NCBI GenBank assembly: GCA_965263295.1
Contig: OZ253665.1
Coordinates: 512,001-576,000 of the forward strand
Reading direction: 5' to 3'
Source of the DNA: Spirochaetia bacterium
GTDB taxonomy: Bacteria; Spirochaetota; Spirochaetia; SP-2023
DNA length: 64,000 nucleotides
Both the position numbers and the translations under genes were made by a program. Shown piece by piece: positions 1-11,256 of the stretch; positions within the stretch are counted from its first letter, which is position 1, and each line of letters begins with the position of its first letter. Below the pieces are notes generated by a model. The model ran no database searches, had not been told where the DNA came from, and was given only the letters and a program-made list of their open reading frames with translations.

Positions 1-873
1 ATCCCGGTCCAGGATGCTGGAAACGGTTTCGCCTTCAATGACAGAGAGATGGCTGGTGTCGAGTCCAAGGACTGAATTTTCAAGGTCTAGGTTAAACCAA
101 CCATCATAGGCGTTGATTCTTGGCTCCGAAGCAAGAGGGCGTTGTGGGAACAGAAGATCCGGGCTGGATTCAGTCGCATTGTTACTTGTAGAACGTTTGG
201 GGCTTTGCTGATTTTCCAAGTTTTCCAGTTCATATTTGATCTCTTCTTCCAGGTGTTGAAGGTTTTCGACCTCTTTGTTGTCGCCAGCCCACGTAAGGGT
301 TTCTTTGTTATTGAAGTATTGGCTCTCTACGTTCGGATCAATTGGGCTCTCGGCAGATGCCTTGACTCCTTTTGCTTGATGAGATAGTTCTGGCTGTTCC
401 TTTACATCTTGCTCAGGCTGCAGTTGAGCCATCAGGCTATGCTCCTGCTCCTTGATAAAGGACTCCCACTGGTCCCATTGTACTTCCATTTGTTCAATGG
501 AATTCTGCATTGAGCTCATATTGCCTTTTAAAGAATGTATATCTTGATTTAAAATTTCTAAGATTGAACATAGTTTTTCGTGATTTTGCTCTCCGTTTTG
601 ACTTTGCTGGCTGATACTTTTTTCGAGTTGCTCTACTGTCCGTTGCTGTTCCTGCTGCCCTTGAATAATCTCGCCCTGTTGGTGCTGGATATCTTGACTC
701 AGGGTTTGTAATTGCGTGATGAGTTCCTCAACTCGTTGAAAACGCTTGTTAATGTCATCTGCGGTGACTTTTGAGCTGCGTCCACGGTGATGGGGTAACT
801 TAAAATCTGAAAACGGTGTTGTCTTAATGATAGTGCCGTAGCGTAGTTGTTGATCTAGTTGACGAATGGCCAT
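1..873 (-). CDS. Partial hypothetical Gln/Glu-rich coiled-coil protein (runs off window start)
   Basis: Manually translated minus-strand frame from ATG at 873 (MAIRQLDQQLRYG...QHQQGEIIQGQQEQQRTVEQLEK...) is stop-free to position 1. The frame is open back to about 1083, so the start is uncertain. Not in the ORF track because it is truncated. Confidence 0.7.
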   Translation of the reverse strand, partial: MAIRQLDQQLRYGTIIKTTPFSDFKLPHHRGRSSKVTADDINKRFQRVEELITQLQTLSQDIQHQQGEIIQGQQEQQRTVEQLEKSISQQSQNGEQNHEKLCSILEILNQDIHSLKGNMSSMQNSIEQMEVQWDQWESFIKEQEHSLMAQLQPEQDVKEQPELSHQAKGVKASAESPIDPNVESQYFNNKETLTWAGDNKEVENLQHLEEEIKYELENLENQQSPKRSTSNNATESSPDLLFPQRPLASEPRINAYDGWFNLDLENSVLGLDTSHLSVIEGETVSSILDRD

Positions 874-1421
874 GGTAATCTCATTCAAATTCAGTGGTTT
901 AAGCAGTCTGCCTAATATATGCTTATGACGGATAATGCTGGGGGCTATTATCGTTTTCGGCAAATAATTTGAAATTCTAACATATTGGTCGGAAAATTCA
1001 TAGGATATGATTAATTGAGGTTGAATCGCATTATTGGGCCACTCTAAGTAAGTCCAGTTTTTGTTCAGTTTGCTGTGGAGGCGCTAGGTTTAAGGCCTGT
1101 CGCTTTTATTGTCGATACTTTGCCAATGCAGATTTAAACCGCACACGTTTTGACAGTGGCAAAATATGGCGTGCACAGAATTTTCCGCAAGGCATTCTAA
1201 CGAATGCCGACTTGTGGTGCTTTAATTTGTGGGCAGCTAGATTTCAATGAAGCCAGAATCTGGAATGCAGGCATGGGGCAGGAGCCAGGGAAAGTACTTT
1301 TGCTCTCTGATTAATGTCGGGGCAATTTGAAACTGGCAAGTGTTTGATTGGAAGTTTGTTAGCCAGTTTCAGCAAGCTATTGACGCACTCGTTTTTTTTC
1401 GCAAAATAGCGTAACAATCTC

Positions 1422-1495
1422 GGGTGGTTAGCTCAGTCGGTTAGAGTACATGCATGACACGCATGGGGTCGGCGGTTCGAATCCGCCACTACCCA
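1422..1495 (+). tRNA. tRNA-Val(GAC)
   Basis: GGGTGGT...ACTACCC-A acceptor stem, D-arm AGCTCAGTCGGTTAGAGT, anticodon arm CATGC-ATGACAC-GCATG, T-arm GGTTCGAATCC; CCA not encoded. Confidence 0.95.
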
Positions 1496-1670
1496 TTTAT
1501 TTATTCTTTGATTGTATTCGTTTATTGATCTCCTTCCTACCAATCTGCTTTTTTTGTAATATATTGTCAGTTTTTGGGCTAGTTTTTTTGGTTTTTCAAT
1601 TTGGGTAAATTTTGGAGATACGTGTTTTCCGAATTCTCTAGGTCAGAAATTATCAGTAAGTTTATAGGCA

Positions 1671-4559
1671 ATGCTTTCCTACCTTGATGTTTTAAAATAT
1701 AATTTCCCGAAATATCATCGCTTTATAATTTTTAGTGCTATTTGGGTGTGCCTGCTTTGCGTGTCTCTGGGTACTGGCTTGGGGAAGTTGTTGAGTTTTG
1801 CTGCCTATGTCGGAGATTATGAGCCTCTGATTACGAATGACCAACCACTTCCTTCGCGCATTTATGATATTAATAACAATCTTATCACAGAGATTTCCCA
1901 AGGCTCGCGCGAGTTACTGGAACAAAGCGAGCTGACGCGCAATCTAGTCTATGCTCTGCTGGGCCGTGAAGATAGTACGTTTTTTGAACACAATGGTTTT
2001 TCTTTGATAGGCACAGTCCGCGCCTTTACTTATATCGTACTGGACAAGATTTTTCATACTGGAACGGCGGGCGGAGGAAGCACGCTAACTCAGCAGCTCG
2101 CAGGGTCTTTGAAAGCTGATCGCAAAGATATTTCTGTCAGCCGTAAGCTGCGTGAACTTTGGTGGTCTTTTATTTTTGAGAAGTATTACGCTAAAAGTGA
2201 GATATTGGTCACATACCTCAATAATGTGTATTTTGGGGATCGCAATTATGGTATTGAGGCGGCCAGTCGGTTTTTCTTTGGACATTCAGCGCGCGATGAT
2301 AGTGTGGTTGAGGCGGCCTTGGCCATAATTCAGTTGGCGCGACCCAATGGTGATTTTTCACCGTTGCGCCATCCTGAAATGGCTAAACTTCGCCAAGAGG
2401 CAGTATTAGATAAAATAGTAAGGCTTGAATTGATGACTCGTGCCCAGGTTGACCAGGCAAGTCAAGAGTATTGGGACAGTTTTGATCTGACCAAGGTCAG
2501 TCAAAGAAGTCCCAAGCGTGTTGATGAGGCCCCATATTTTTCTGATTTTGTAGCGAGGACACTTGAGCAGCGTCTTTATGGAACAGATAACTTGTTGCAG
2601 GCTGGCTATAGTATCTATACCACCCTCGATTTAAATATACAGCGCAAAATTGACAAGATTGTCCAAGAAGAGATGGTTTCAGTAGATGAAATCTACCAGA
2701 GCCAGAACCTGGATCTGTTTACTATCTTGGAAAAACAGGAGTTACCCGAACTAGCGCGCTTGCGTACGATATTGGGTTTAGGCCTGAACCTTTCGGGAGG
2801 CAGGAGCAAGAGAGCTGCTGAGCAGGATTTACAAAATGAGTTTGCTCCGACCTTGGAGGCTATTGTCACCGCCTTTGGCCTTGAAAGTCAGATTCCCATG
2901 CTGAAAATGTCTGCTGAGCATCTCGATAAATTCCTGGCCCGCACTGTGCCCGAGACGGCATTGCTCGCTATCGATAATCGCACCGGTGGCATAGTGGCTA
3001 TGGTCGGAGGACGGACCTATAACATCAATGAGGCCCGTTTGTTCAACCGCGCTGTCGATGCCCGAGTCCCGCCAGGTTCGGCTTTTAAGTCTCTCTATTT
3101 TGCCGCCGCTTTTGAGAGTCGTGCGGTGAATGGCGGAACTCCCCTGTCGGGCAGGCCATATCGCTTTGTTAACCCTAACGGCGTTTCCTACATTCCCAAC
3201 AACTATTATGCAAAGGAGTTTCAAGGTGTGGTGCTGCCGCGTCGGGCTCTGCAATTATCATTGAATATACCGGCTATTCATGTTCTCGATATGGTGGGCT
3301 TTGATAGAGGGCTGGATATGACAACTCGCCTCCTGGGGATCACAGATCCGCGCATTATTCGCCGGGACTTCCCTTTTGTCTTCCCTGTCGGTTTGGGAAC
3401 TTCGCCGGTGTCGCCGCTTCAGTTGCTGCGGGCCTATTCGGCATTTGTCAACAAGGGCATCCCAATAGACGCCAACCCAATTCGCTATGTCGAAGATCGC
3501 AACGGTCAGATTGTTTTTAATTATGAACAAGAAAGTCGTGACAATATACAAGATGTTGCGCATCGTGTGCTCAGCGAACAGAGCGCATATGTGATGACAA
3601 AAATGCTCCAAAGTGTACCCAGTGGTGGCACCCTATACAATTCCAAGCGTCGGTATGAGGAAAAGTATGGCCGCTTCAAGTTCCCACTGGCGGCGAAAAC
3701 AGGTACGGCAGAAAACTGGTCAGACGGATGGGCTGTAGGTTATACGCCGGAGTATAGCACGGTCGTATGGGTCGGGTTTGATCAGGCTGGCAACTCGCTC
3801 GGAGAGGCCCTATTTGGAGGCCGGGCTGCTGGACCGATGTTTATGCGTACAATGGGCGTTCTGCATCAAGACGAAGATCCGGATATAGACTTCACTCGTC
3901 CAGAAGGAGTCTTCAGTATGGCTGTGGACAAACGCAATGGCTACCGCTGGGTGCCCGCCTGTGGCAACGAAAACAAGACTTATGAGTGGTTTTTGCAGGG
4001 GACCGGGCAAACTAAAAATTGTACTCAGGCCCCGAAAATGGATGTTTTTAATGCCAATATTATGCCTTATTCGGGATTGGAAGACTTAAATTATGAACCG
4101 CTGGAATCGAGCGGTATAGATATTTCAGACTTTGATTTTTTAAATGACCCGAGTCCGGCGTCCAGCCGTTTGAACGATGGGCCAAGCGATGCACCGGGCC
4201 GCGGTGAAGGTCGTAAAAGTCCAGAAGAAGGACGAGCTCTCGCAACAGATGGTGAGACAGGCCGCATACTTGAAAGTCGACCGGAAAGTCAGCTTGGAAG
4301 TCGGCCAGAAAGTCAACCAGATGGCAACTCTGATAATCCCTCCACAGATTCTAAGGTTGGAAATCTTGAGGGAGCTGAGGCCTCTGGGGACAGTGTGACA
4401 CAGTCCGGACGGGAAGCTGCTGCCGGCGATATGCCCGGGCATGACGGGTCTTTGAGTCAAGAAGCGGCAATAAATCCACCGGCGCAAGTAGATCAATTCC
4501 CGGATTCTGAGCCAGATACTCAATCCGAGCTCAATGCTATTATTGAATCTGATAGCTAG
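1671..4559 (+). CDS. Penicillin-binding protein 1A family (transglycosylase-transpeptidase) with acidic disordered C-terminal tail
   Basis: N-terminal TM; transglycosylase motifs REDSTFFEHNG and GGSTLTQQL; transpeptidase SxxK (GSAFK), SxN (SLN), KTG (AKTGT). Confidence 0.92.
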   Translation: MLSYLDVLKYNFPKYHRFIIFSAIWVCLLCVSLGTGLGKLLSFAAYVGDYEPLITNDQPLPSRIYDINNNLITEISQGSRELLEQSELTRNLVYALLGREDSTFFEHNGFSLIGTVRAFTYIVLDKIFHTGTAGGGSTLTQQLAGSLKADRKDISVSRKLRELWWSFIFEKYYAKSEILVTYLNNVYFGDRNYGIEAASRFFFGHSARDDSVVEAALAIIQLARPNGDFSPLRHPEMAKLRQEAVLDKIVRLELMTRAQVDQASQEYWDSFDLTKVSQRSPKRVDEAPYFSDFVARTLEQRLYGTDNLLQAGYSIYTTLDLNIQRKIDKIVQEEMVSVDEIYQSQNLDLFTILEKQELPELARLRTILGLGLNLSGGRSKRAAEQDLQNEFAPTLEAIVTAFGLESQIPMLKMSAEHLDKFLARTVPETALLAIDNRTGGIVAMVGGRTYNINEARLFNRAVDARVPPGSAFKSLYFAAAFESRAVNGGTPLSGRPYRFVNPNGVSYIPNNYYAKEFQGVVLPRRALQLSLNIPAIHVLDMVGFDRGLDMTTRLLGITDPRIIRRDFPFVFPVGLGTSPVSPLQLLRAYSAFVNKGIPIDANPIRYVEDRNGQIVFNYEQESRDNIQDVAHRVLSEQSAYVMTKMLQSVPSGGTLYNSKRRYEEKYGRFKFPLAAKTGTAENWSDGWAVGYTPEYSTVVWVGFDQAGNSLGEALFGGRAAGPMFMRTMGVLHQDEDPDIDFTRPEGVFSMAVDKRNGYRWVPACGNENKTYEWFLQGTGQTKNCTQAPKMDVFNANIMPYSGLEDLNYEPLESSGIDISDFDFLNDPSPASSRLNDGPSDAPGRGEGRKSPEEGRALATDGETGRILESRPESQLGSRPESQPDGNSDNPSTDSKVGNLEGAEASGDSVTQSGREAAAGDMPGHDGSLSQEAAINPPAQVDQFPDSEPDTQSELNAIIESDS

Positions 4560-4702
4560 ATATTACTTTTTGTATTGTATATTGATAGTTCGAATTTCAT
4601 TTCGTCGGGTACTTGGGGCGAGACGCGTTTTTCAGTATAACTTGTTCAGTACAATGATGCATCGTCTCGTCGCGTGCAAAGTGACATTCGGAGTGGGAAA
4701 CT

Positions 4703-6802
4703 ATGGCGGAAAACATACGAAATATCGGTATCATTGCGCATATTGATGCCGGCAAGACGACGACGACCGAGAGGATTCTGTTTTATACCGGAAAAAGTCA
4801 TCGTATCGGCGAGGTCGATAGTGGCAGTGCGGCTATGGACTGGATGGCGCAGGAACAAGACCGGGGAATCACCATTGTCGCTGCGGCAACCACCTGTTAT
4901 TGGCAGTATAAAGCCGGCGGACGAGAGGAAGAAGTACGGATAAACTTAATTGACACTCCCGGTCATGTCGATTTTACGGCCGAAGTTGAGCGCTCCTTGC
5001 GGGTACTCGACGGTGCCGTTGCCGTGCTTTGTGCGGTAAAGGGGATTGAATCACAAACGGAGACGGTGTGGCGTCAGGCCGAGCGTTATCATATACCGCA
5101 ATTGGTGTATATCAATAAAATGGACCGCGCGGGTGCCGATTTTGAAGGTGCCGTGCAGCAATTGCGCGACAAATTTGGCGTAAAACCATTGCCTCTTTAT
5201 CTACCCATTGGCGCGGAGGGCAATTACAGTGGCAATATTGATGTATTGTGTCGCGAGGAAATTTACTTCGTCGGCGAGAATGGTGCGACCATTGAGCGAC
5301 GCCCCCTTGCCGAGGCCACGCGCGAACGGGCTCAAATGGCCTACGATGAGCTGATCAATATTCTAAGTGAGAGTGAAGATCGGATTGCCGAGCTCTATCT
5401 AGAGGGGCAGGAAATCCCATTGGAACTTTGCCAGGATGTGATTCGCCGCCTCTGCTTGGCGAAGGAAATTATACCCGTATATGCCGGTTCATCTTTGAAA
5501 AATAAGGGAATACAGCAGCTGCTCGACGGAGTTGCCCTCTATCTGCCCGGCCCGGCCGACGTGCCACCGATTCAGGCCCCTAGACTTGACAAGAAGAAAA
5601 TTAGGGACAAGTCCCTACAGTTCGGCCATATGGCCGAACTGCGTGCCGACAGCGGCGAAGAACTGGCAGCTTTAGTCTTTAAGGTCCAGTACCATAAGGA
5701 AATGGGCATGCTTTGTTACGTGCGCATTTACAGCGGTATTCTGAAGGCGAATAGCAATGTCTTCAACGTGCGCAAGGGTCGGCGCGAACGCGTCAACCGC
5801 CTGATCCAGATGCATGCCAATAGTCACCAACCGGTATCCGAGCTGAAAGCTGGAGAAATTGGCGTGGTCGTTGGTTTTAAGTTAGCGCAGACGGGAGACA
5901 GTATCTGTAATGAAAAAGAGCCGTTCCTTTTGGAGTCAATGGATTTTCCTGAGCCGGTAATATCTATTGCGATTGAGCCACAAAGCGGTTCAGACAGTGA
6001 CAAGTTAATGCTGGCATTGCAGAACCTGGAGCGCGAAGACCCGACTTTTCATGTCCAGGAGAGCAGCGATACCGGTCAAGTATTACTTTCGGGAATGGGT
6101 GAATTACACCTGGAGGTCTTGTGCACCCGTTTGCGCGAAGAATACAAGCTACATTTCCGCACCGGCAATCCGAGAGTTGTCCATCGTGAAGCCTTGCCGG
6201 GTGTGTGTTGTGGACTGGGCCGCTTTGAGCATGAAATTGCCGGGGTGCGGCAGGAAATTGTGATTGAACTAGAATTGCGGCCTGTAGAATGTTTTAATGG
6301 TCGGCCCTCTGACGGGATGGGCTCTAGCAACAACCACTTTCGCAACTTGTGTCGTGATCTGCCCGGCATGTATGTCCGCTTGATACAAGAATCGGCCATG
6401 CGTCACTTGGAAGCCGGCTTCCGTCTAGGTTATCCGGCAATCAATGTCGATGTGGGTTTGAAATCTTGTACATATAATGCAGAAGATCCATATGAACCGG
6501 GCTTTGAGGCGGCTGTGGCGTATGCGATTGATCAGGCTGTACGCCAGCAGGACATCCTGTTGCTCGAGCCGGTTATGCGGGTGATCATTATGGCGCCGGC
6601 AGAATATGTGGGCGATGTCATCAGTCAATTGACTCAGCGACAAGGTCAGGTCCACAGTCTAGATTCGCGGCCTGGCTGCGATGTGATTGATGCCACGGCC
6701 CCGCTGTCCCGGCTCTTCGGTTATTCGACGCAGCTGCGCAGCCAGACCCAAGGGCGCGGCTCGTTTTCACTGGAGTTTGATCATTTTGCCCCGGCAGTGT
6801 GA
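4703..6802 (+). CDS. fusA: Elongation factor G (divergent second copy, EF-G2-like)
   Basis: [43 protein letters not shown]; divergent domain IV; not in a ribosomal protein operon. Confidence 0.92.
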   Translation: MAENIRNIGIIAHIDAGKTTTTERILFYTGKSHRIGEVDSGSAAMDWMAQEQDRGITIVAAATTCYWQYKAGGREEEVRINLIDTPGHVDFTAEVERSLRVLDGAVAVLCAVKGIESQTETVWRQAERYHIPQLVYINKMDRAGADFEGAVQQLRDKFGVKPLPLYLPIGAEGNYSGNIDVLCREEIYFVGENGATIERRPLAEATRERAQMAYDELINILSESEDRIAELYLEGQEIPLELCQDVIRRLCLAKEIIPVYAGSSLKNKGIQQLLDGVALYLPGPADVPPIQAPRLDKKKIRDKSLQFGHMAELRADSGEELAALVFKVQYHKEMGMLCYVRIYSGILKANSNVFNVRKGRRERVNRLIQMHANSHQPVSELKAGEIGVVVGFKLAQTGDSICNEKEPFLLESMDFPEPVISIAIEPQSGSDSDKLMLALQNLEREDPTFHVQESSDTGQVLLSGMGELHLEVLCTRLREEYKLHFRTGNPRVVHREALPGVCCGLGRFEHEIAGVRQEIVIELELRPVECFNGRPSDGMGSSNNHFRNLCRDLPGMYVRLIQESAMRHLEAGFRLGYPAINVDVGLKSCTYNAEDPYEPGFEAAVAYAIDQAVRQQDILLLEPVMRVIIMAPAEYVGDVISQLTQRQGQVHSLDSRPGCDVIDATAPLSRLFGYSTQLRSQTQGRGSFSLEFDHFAPAV

Positions 6803-6865
6803 GCCATTTTCTGTCCGTGTCCGCCATAGTTAACGATGGTTAAAGATGCTTAACGATGCTGAATA

Positions 6866-9109
6866 ATGGTTAGCCATGGCGGTCCACAGCCCGGGCATGT
6901 GGGGCCAGATTTTTCAGCTGAGCGATACCCGCTGCTAGATTCCCTGCAGTTGCAGCCTAGTCGGTTGAAGCAATTGGGCCTGGTTCAACTGGAACAGCTG
7001 GCGGCGGAATTGCGTTGTTCTTTGATGGAAATAGTTCGCTATACTGGTGGTCACCTGGCTTCAAATCTGGGGGTGGTAGAGTTGAGCATTGCCTTGCACT
7101 ATGTCTTTGACTCGCCGCGCGATGCCCTAATCTGGGATGTCGGGCACCAGGCATATGTGCATAAGATGCTGACCGGGCGCTGGCGTGATTTTCATCATTT
7201 GCGCCAGCGTGCGGGGCTTTCAGGGTTCCCGCGCCGCGACGAAAGCTTGCATGATTATTTGAATGCGGGCCATGCCGGCACGGCCATTTCGGCGGGATTG
7301 GGGCTAGAACTCGGTCGCAGCTTGGATGACAGTAAGGACCAGGGAAAAGTTCTTTGTGTCGTTGGCGATGCTTCATTGACTTCGGGTATTGCTTTTGAGG
7401 CCATGAACCACTGCGACCATCAACCCAATCAGCTGGTGGTGGTGATGAATGACAATGAAATGTCGATTGCCCCTAATGTCGGGGCTGTGTCTCGCATACT
7501 TAGCCGCCTGACTGCGGGCCACTCTTATGTCTTTCTGCGCGACCATGTCAACCAGCTTATCCGTCTCATACCTTTGCTGGGAGGCCCGTTATATCGGGGG
7601 CTCCTGCGTCTGAAGGGCGCGGTCAAGCAGGCGGTTTACCGCAACAACCTGTTTACTGAGTTTGGTTTTAAGTACGTCGGTCCCATAGACGGCCACAATA
7701 TTAAAATGTTAATAGATACTTTTCAGCGCATTGCCAAACTGAAGGAACCGGCCTTTTTGCATGTCAGAACGCAGAAAGGCAGGGGCCTGAAAGAAGCTGA
7801 GGAAGCGCCTTCCAAGTATCATGGCGTTTCGCCTTCAGCGCCACCCAAAGCTCCGGCGGCAAATGCCAAGCAGCACAAGCAAAACGATAAAGGACCGCCC
7901 GAAACTTCTGGGGCCGCCACGCTTTCCTTTACCGAGAGCTTTAGCAGCGCACTCCTGGATTTGGAAGCGGGATATGACGAATTGGTTTGTATTAGTGCGG
8001 CCATGGCCGGCAGTACGGGATTGCAGCGGTTTGCCGAACGCCATCCGCAGCGCTTTTTCGACGTGGGCATTGCCGAACAGCATGCATTGACCTTAGCCTG
8101 TGGTTTGGCCTTGGCTGGCAAGTTACCGCTAGTAGCTATTTACTCTACTTTCATGCAGCGAGCCTTAGACCAACTGATCCACGATATTAGCTTGATGAAG
8201 TTGCCGGCTCTCATCATCTGCGATCGCGCCGGCATTGTGCCGGGAGATGGCGATACCCATCAGGGTATTTACGATATTGTTCAATTTCGCAGTATCATTG
8301 GTCTGGAGCTGTATAGCCCCGCTACGCAACCGCAATTGCGTGCCTGTCTGCGACGGGCGCTGCAGCGCAGCCAGCGGGAGTTGGCGGCCTGGCGCCTACG
8401 CCGCCAAAGCAGCCCAAAGGCAAACAATGATAAGAAAAACAATGACAAAGAAATTTGCCCGTCAAAGCCGGATTTTTGCGCCACTCCCGTCGTCATTCGG
8501 CTGCCTAAACGCAGTTGTCCCGACATCGCTCTGTCACTCGCAAATGATCCGTGCGAGTGGCAGTTTTTCTCCATTTCCGGCGTAGCCGGTCACTCTGTGG
8601 GCCAGGGGGCTCTCCGGGCCAACTCAGCGACAAACCCGCGCCGGGCTTTGCTATTTTGTAGTGGCAGTTTGCTTCCTGAGGCCCTGGCTGTGCAGCAAAG
8701 GCTGGCCCGCTACGCAGATTTGGACCTGGACGTTTTACAGCTGTGTCAGCTGGGGCCGCTGCCTAAGGCGACGTTAGCGCCTTACTTGCTGGGGCAGGTG
8801 CCTTCACAGTTCGGGGCCGGTTCGGAAGTCGTGAGTGGGCTGAGAGGGGGGCCGGAGCCACGTTATATTGCCTTGTTCTGCATTGAAGACGGTGTACTGC
8901 AAGGTGGTATTGGCGAAGCACTGCTGCACCTGCAGATGGAGTTGCAGATTGAACGGGGCGCGGGGGCATGCTTTTTGCCCTTGCATCTGCGCGGTGTGGA
9001 GAACCGTGTGCCGCAGCTGGGAACTTATGAACAGCTGTTAGAAGATTACGGCATGGATACTGAGTCCCTCGAAAGCTGGATTTATGCCGCAGCGCTTCAA
9101 TCTAGATAA
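6866..9109 (+). CDS. dxs: 1-deoxy-D-xylulose-5-phosphate synthase
   Basis: GGHLASNLGVVEL, WDVGHQAYVHK, GD...NDN TPP-binding motif, YVGPIDGHN, DVGIAEQHA, IYSTFMQRA. Confidence 0.96.
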   Translation: MVSHGGPQPGHVGPDFSAERYPLLDSLQLQPSRLKQLGLVQLEQLAAELRCSLMEIVRYTGGHLASNLGVVELSIALHYVFDSPRDALIWDVGHQAYVHKMLTGRWRDFHHLRQRAGLSGFPRRDESLHDYLNAGHAGTAISAGLGLELGRSLDDSKDQGKVLCVVGDASLTSGIAFEAMNHCDHQPNQLVVVMNDNEMSIAPNVGAVSRILSRLTAGHSYVFLRDHVNQLIRLIPLLGGPLYRGLLRLKGAVKQAVYRNNLFTEFGFKYVGPIDGHNIKMLIDTFQRIAKLKEPAFLHVRTQKGRGLKEAEEAPSKYHGVSPSAPPKAPAANAKQHKQNDKGPPETSGAATLSFTESFSSALLDLEAGYDELVCISAAMAGSTGLQRFAERHPQRFFDVGIAEQHALTLACGLALAGKLPLVAIYSTFMQRALDQLIHDISLMKLPALIICDRAGIVPGDGDTHQGIYDIVQFRSIIGLELYSPATQPQLRACLRRALQRSQRELAAWRLRRQSSPKANNDKKNNDKEICPSKPDFCATPVVIRLPKRSCPDIALSLANDPCEWQFFSISGVAGHSVGQGALRANSATNPRRALLFCSGSLLPEALAVQQRLARYADLDLDVLQLCQLGPLPKATLAPYLLGQVPSQFGAGSEVVSGLRGGPEPRYIALFCIEDGVLQGGIGEALLHLQMELQIERGAGACFLPLHLRGVENRVPQLGTYEQLLEDYGMDTESLESWIYAAALQSR

Positions 9110-9477
9110 AAAAATACCGTTTATATTTTCACCTTGCCTGTCAGATGGATTTTTGTTTTGAATATTGGGCAAAGCGGAAAAGTCTGGACGATGCAAAAGA
9201 TTTGTGATTTACAAGCCAAAAGACTTGACAGATCTTGCCTCCAGATGTATATATGGTGCTGGAATTTAATGAACTTGAATTTAGTTGATATTCAATCATT
9301 AAAGTGCTTACAATATACTAAAATTATTTTACTCCATAGACTATTAAATTCACAAGATATCTCCATCCAGAATATTGACATGCTATATAAGTCAGGCTTA
9401 CATGATTTTATGTCTGTCAATTTTATCGAGAAAAAGTTTTTAAAAGAAGAATTTAGAAACTTTTAAAGGATGGATTT

Positions 9478-10746
9478 ATGCACAAGATAATTTTATTGTT
9501 GGCATTAACAGTGTTCTTGATGCCAAGACTTCGCGCTGTTTCAATTGAGCAAACAATTCCCGTACGGATACCGTTGAATTTAAACTTGAATTTACCAGAT
9601 GTCCCCTCCGATACTTCTTCGGATGGCATTGGGTCAAAAAAGGAGACCGTCACCTTTGATGTCGGAATTGGCAGCGGTGCATTTCATCATCCTGATGATC
9701 CCCCCAATATAATTTATACTATCACAGACCGCGGCATCAATATCAAGTGCCGAGAAAGCAACAAAATACTAGGGGATGCCGTCTGTAAAAAGGGCAAGAT
9801 TTTCCCGCTCCCCAATTTCATACCGACCATCTTTAAAATCCTGGTGGGAGATGGCAAATACGAAATTCTGCAGAGCATTCAGGTCAAAACCGCTTCAGGG
9901 CTGCCCACCAGTGGCATTCCCAATCCTAATACCGAAGCCGCTTTTGATATTGATGGCGAACGCCTCGTGGCTGATCCTAACGGCTTGGATCCCGAAGGAA
10001 TTGTAAAAACCAAAGAAGGACGTTTTTATGTGGGAGAAGAGTATGGCAGCAGTATCTTGGTCCTGAAGAAAAATGGTGTCATTATTGAGCGGTGGGTTCC
10101 CCAGGGTGTGGCAAAAACACTCGCAGGCTGCGATTATAATGTCATTGAAAACCTGCCTGCCATTATTCGCCGGCGGCCCCTAAACCGGGGGATTGAGTCT
10201 GTTGCCCTATCACCTGACGAGGACAGTCTTTATTTTGCGATTCAAAGTCCGCTGGCCAATCCGGATAAAAAAGCTTACAGTCGCTCTAAAAATGTGCGCA
10301 TTTTTAAAGTCGACATTGCTAGCAAAAAAGTGACCGGTGAGTATGTCTATGTGATGGATGATCCCACAAGCTTTTTGCGAGACAATGAATCTCAAAAATG
10401 CAAACAAAAAGATGTGAAAATCAGCGAGATGACTGCCATTGGTGAAGACGAGCTCATTGTCTTGGAGCGAATCAGCAAGACGGCCAAGTTTTATAAGGTC
10501 CAATTAATGGGGGAGAATATTTTGGGATCTAAGTGGGATAATATGGAAACAGTACCTTCTTTGGAGCAAAGTGCGCTCGCCGGCCTGAGAAAGTCCTTGA
10601 TCCTAGACACCGATAATGTCAAAGGAATACCTGCCAAAATTGAAGGCTTAGCCCGTATCTCTGCCCATGATTGGATCTTGGTCAATGACAATGATTTTGG
10701 GATCCATGGTCAAATCAGCACCTTGGTCAGAGTCAAATTGCCTTAG
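9478..10746 (+). CDS. Secreted esterase-like-activity-of-phytase family protein
   Basis: Signal peptide; TDRG, DPEG, EEYG, NRGIES, KIEG and NDNDFG motifs typical of this beta-propeller family. Confidence 0.8.
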   Translation: MHKIILLLALTVFLMPRLRAVSIEQTIPVRIPLNLNLNLPDVPSDTSSDGIGSKKETVTFDVGIGSGAFHHPDDPPNIIYTITDRGINIKCRESNKILGDAVCKKGKIFPLPNFIPTIFKILVGDGKYEILQSIQVKTASGLPTSGIPNPNTEAAFDIDGERLVADPNGLDPEGIVKTKEGRFYVGEEYGSSILVLKKNGVIIERWVPQGVAKTLAGCDYNVIENLPAIIRRRPLNRGIESVALSPDEDSLYFAIQSPLANPDKKAYSRSKNVRIFKVDIASKKVTGEYVYVMDDPTSFLRDNESQKCKQKDVKISEMTAIGEDELIVLERISKTAKFYKVQLMGENILGSKWDNMETVPSLEQSALAGLRKSLILDTDNVKGIPAKIEGLARISAHDWILVNDNDFGIHGQISTLVRVKLP

Positions 10747-11256
10747 GGTCTAGGGCTAGATCAATGAGGAATGGTTCTCTTCGCAAATTATCCGTTGTTT
10801 TGCAAGTGATATTGGGGTTTTACAAACATTTTTATTTTGTGATTCAAACGGCACAGAAACAGGTGCCGGCCGCTCTAGCTTCTGTATCATTGGCAGCAAG
10901 TCTCAACTTACAAAGCAAGCAAGTTCATCAGCAACTTGGGCATTACTCAGTAAATGAATTCATACTTGGCTGTCTTTATACCGAGTAGGACGTCTAACTC
11001 CCTCAAGAAATCCAGTCCTTTCTGTGCAAGCGCAGGTGTGTCGGAGGCATGTCGAATTACGTGACCCAGGATGCTGAGGTTGCCGTTTCCTGTGGATTTG
11101 GACGCCAAACTCCTGTGGAAGTTGGCTTTGGGAAGCTGGCTTTACCTTTTTTTATGGGGCCTTGGAGTTCGGGGGTTGGGGCCGGTGTAAGGGGGGGGGA
11201 GAAATCCTGTGTGCTTGTCCCTTGTCAGAGACTGTGGATTACGCAAAATGGGCGGC

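Noticed and set aside
9134..9466. 110-aa ORF upstream of the phytase-like gene
   Set aside because: AT-rich, TTG start, no motifs; more likely promoter or intergenic DNA
10747..11200. Possible ruvC remnant or small genes upstream of ruvA
   Set aside because: No RuvC motifs seen in the listed ORFs; short ORFs unsupported
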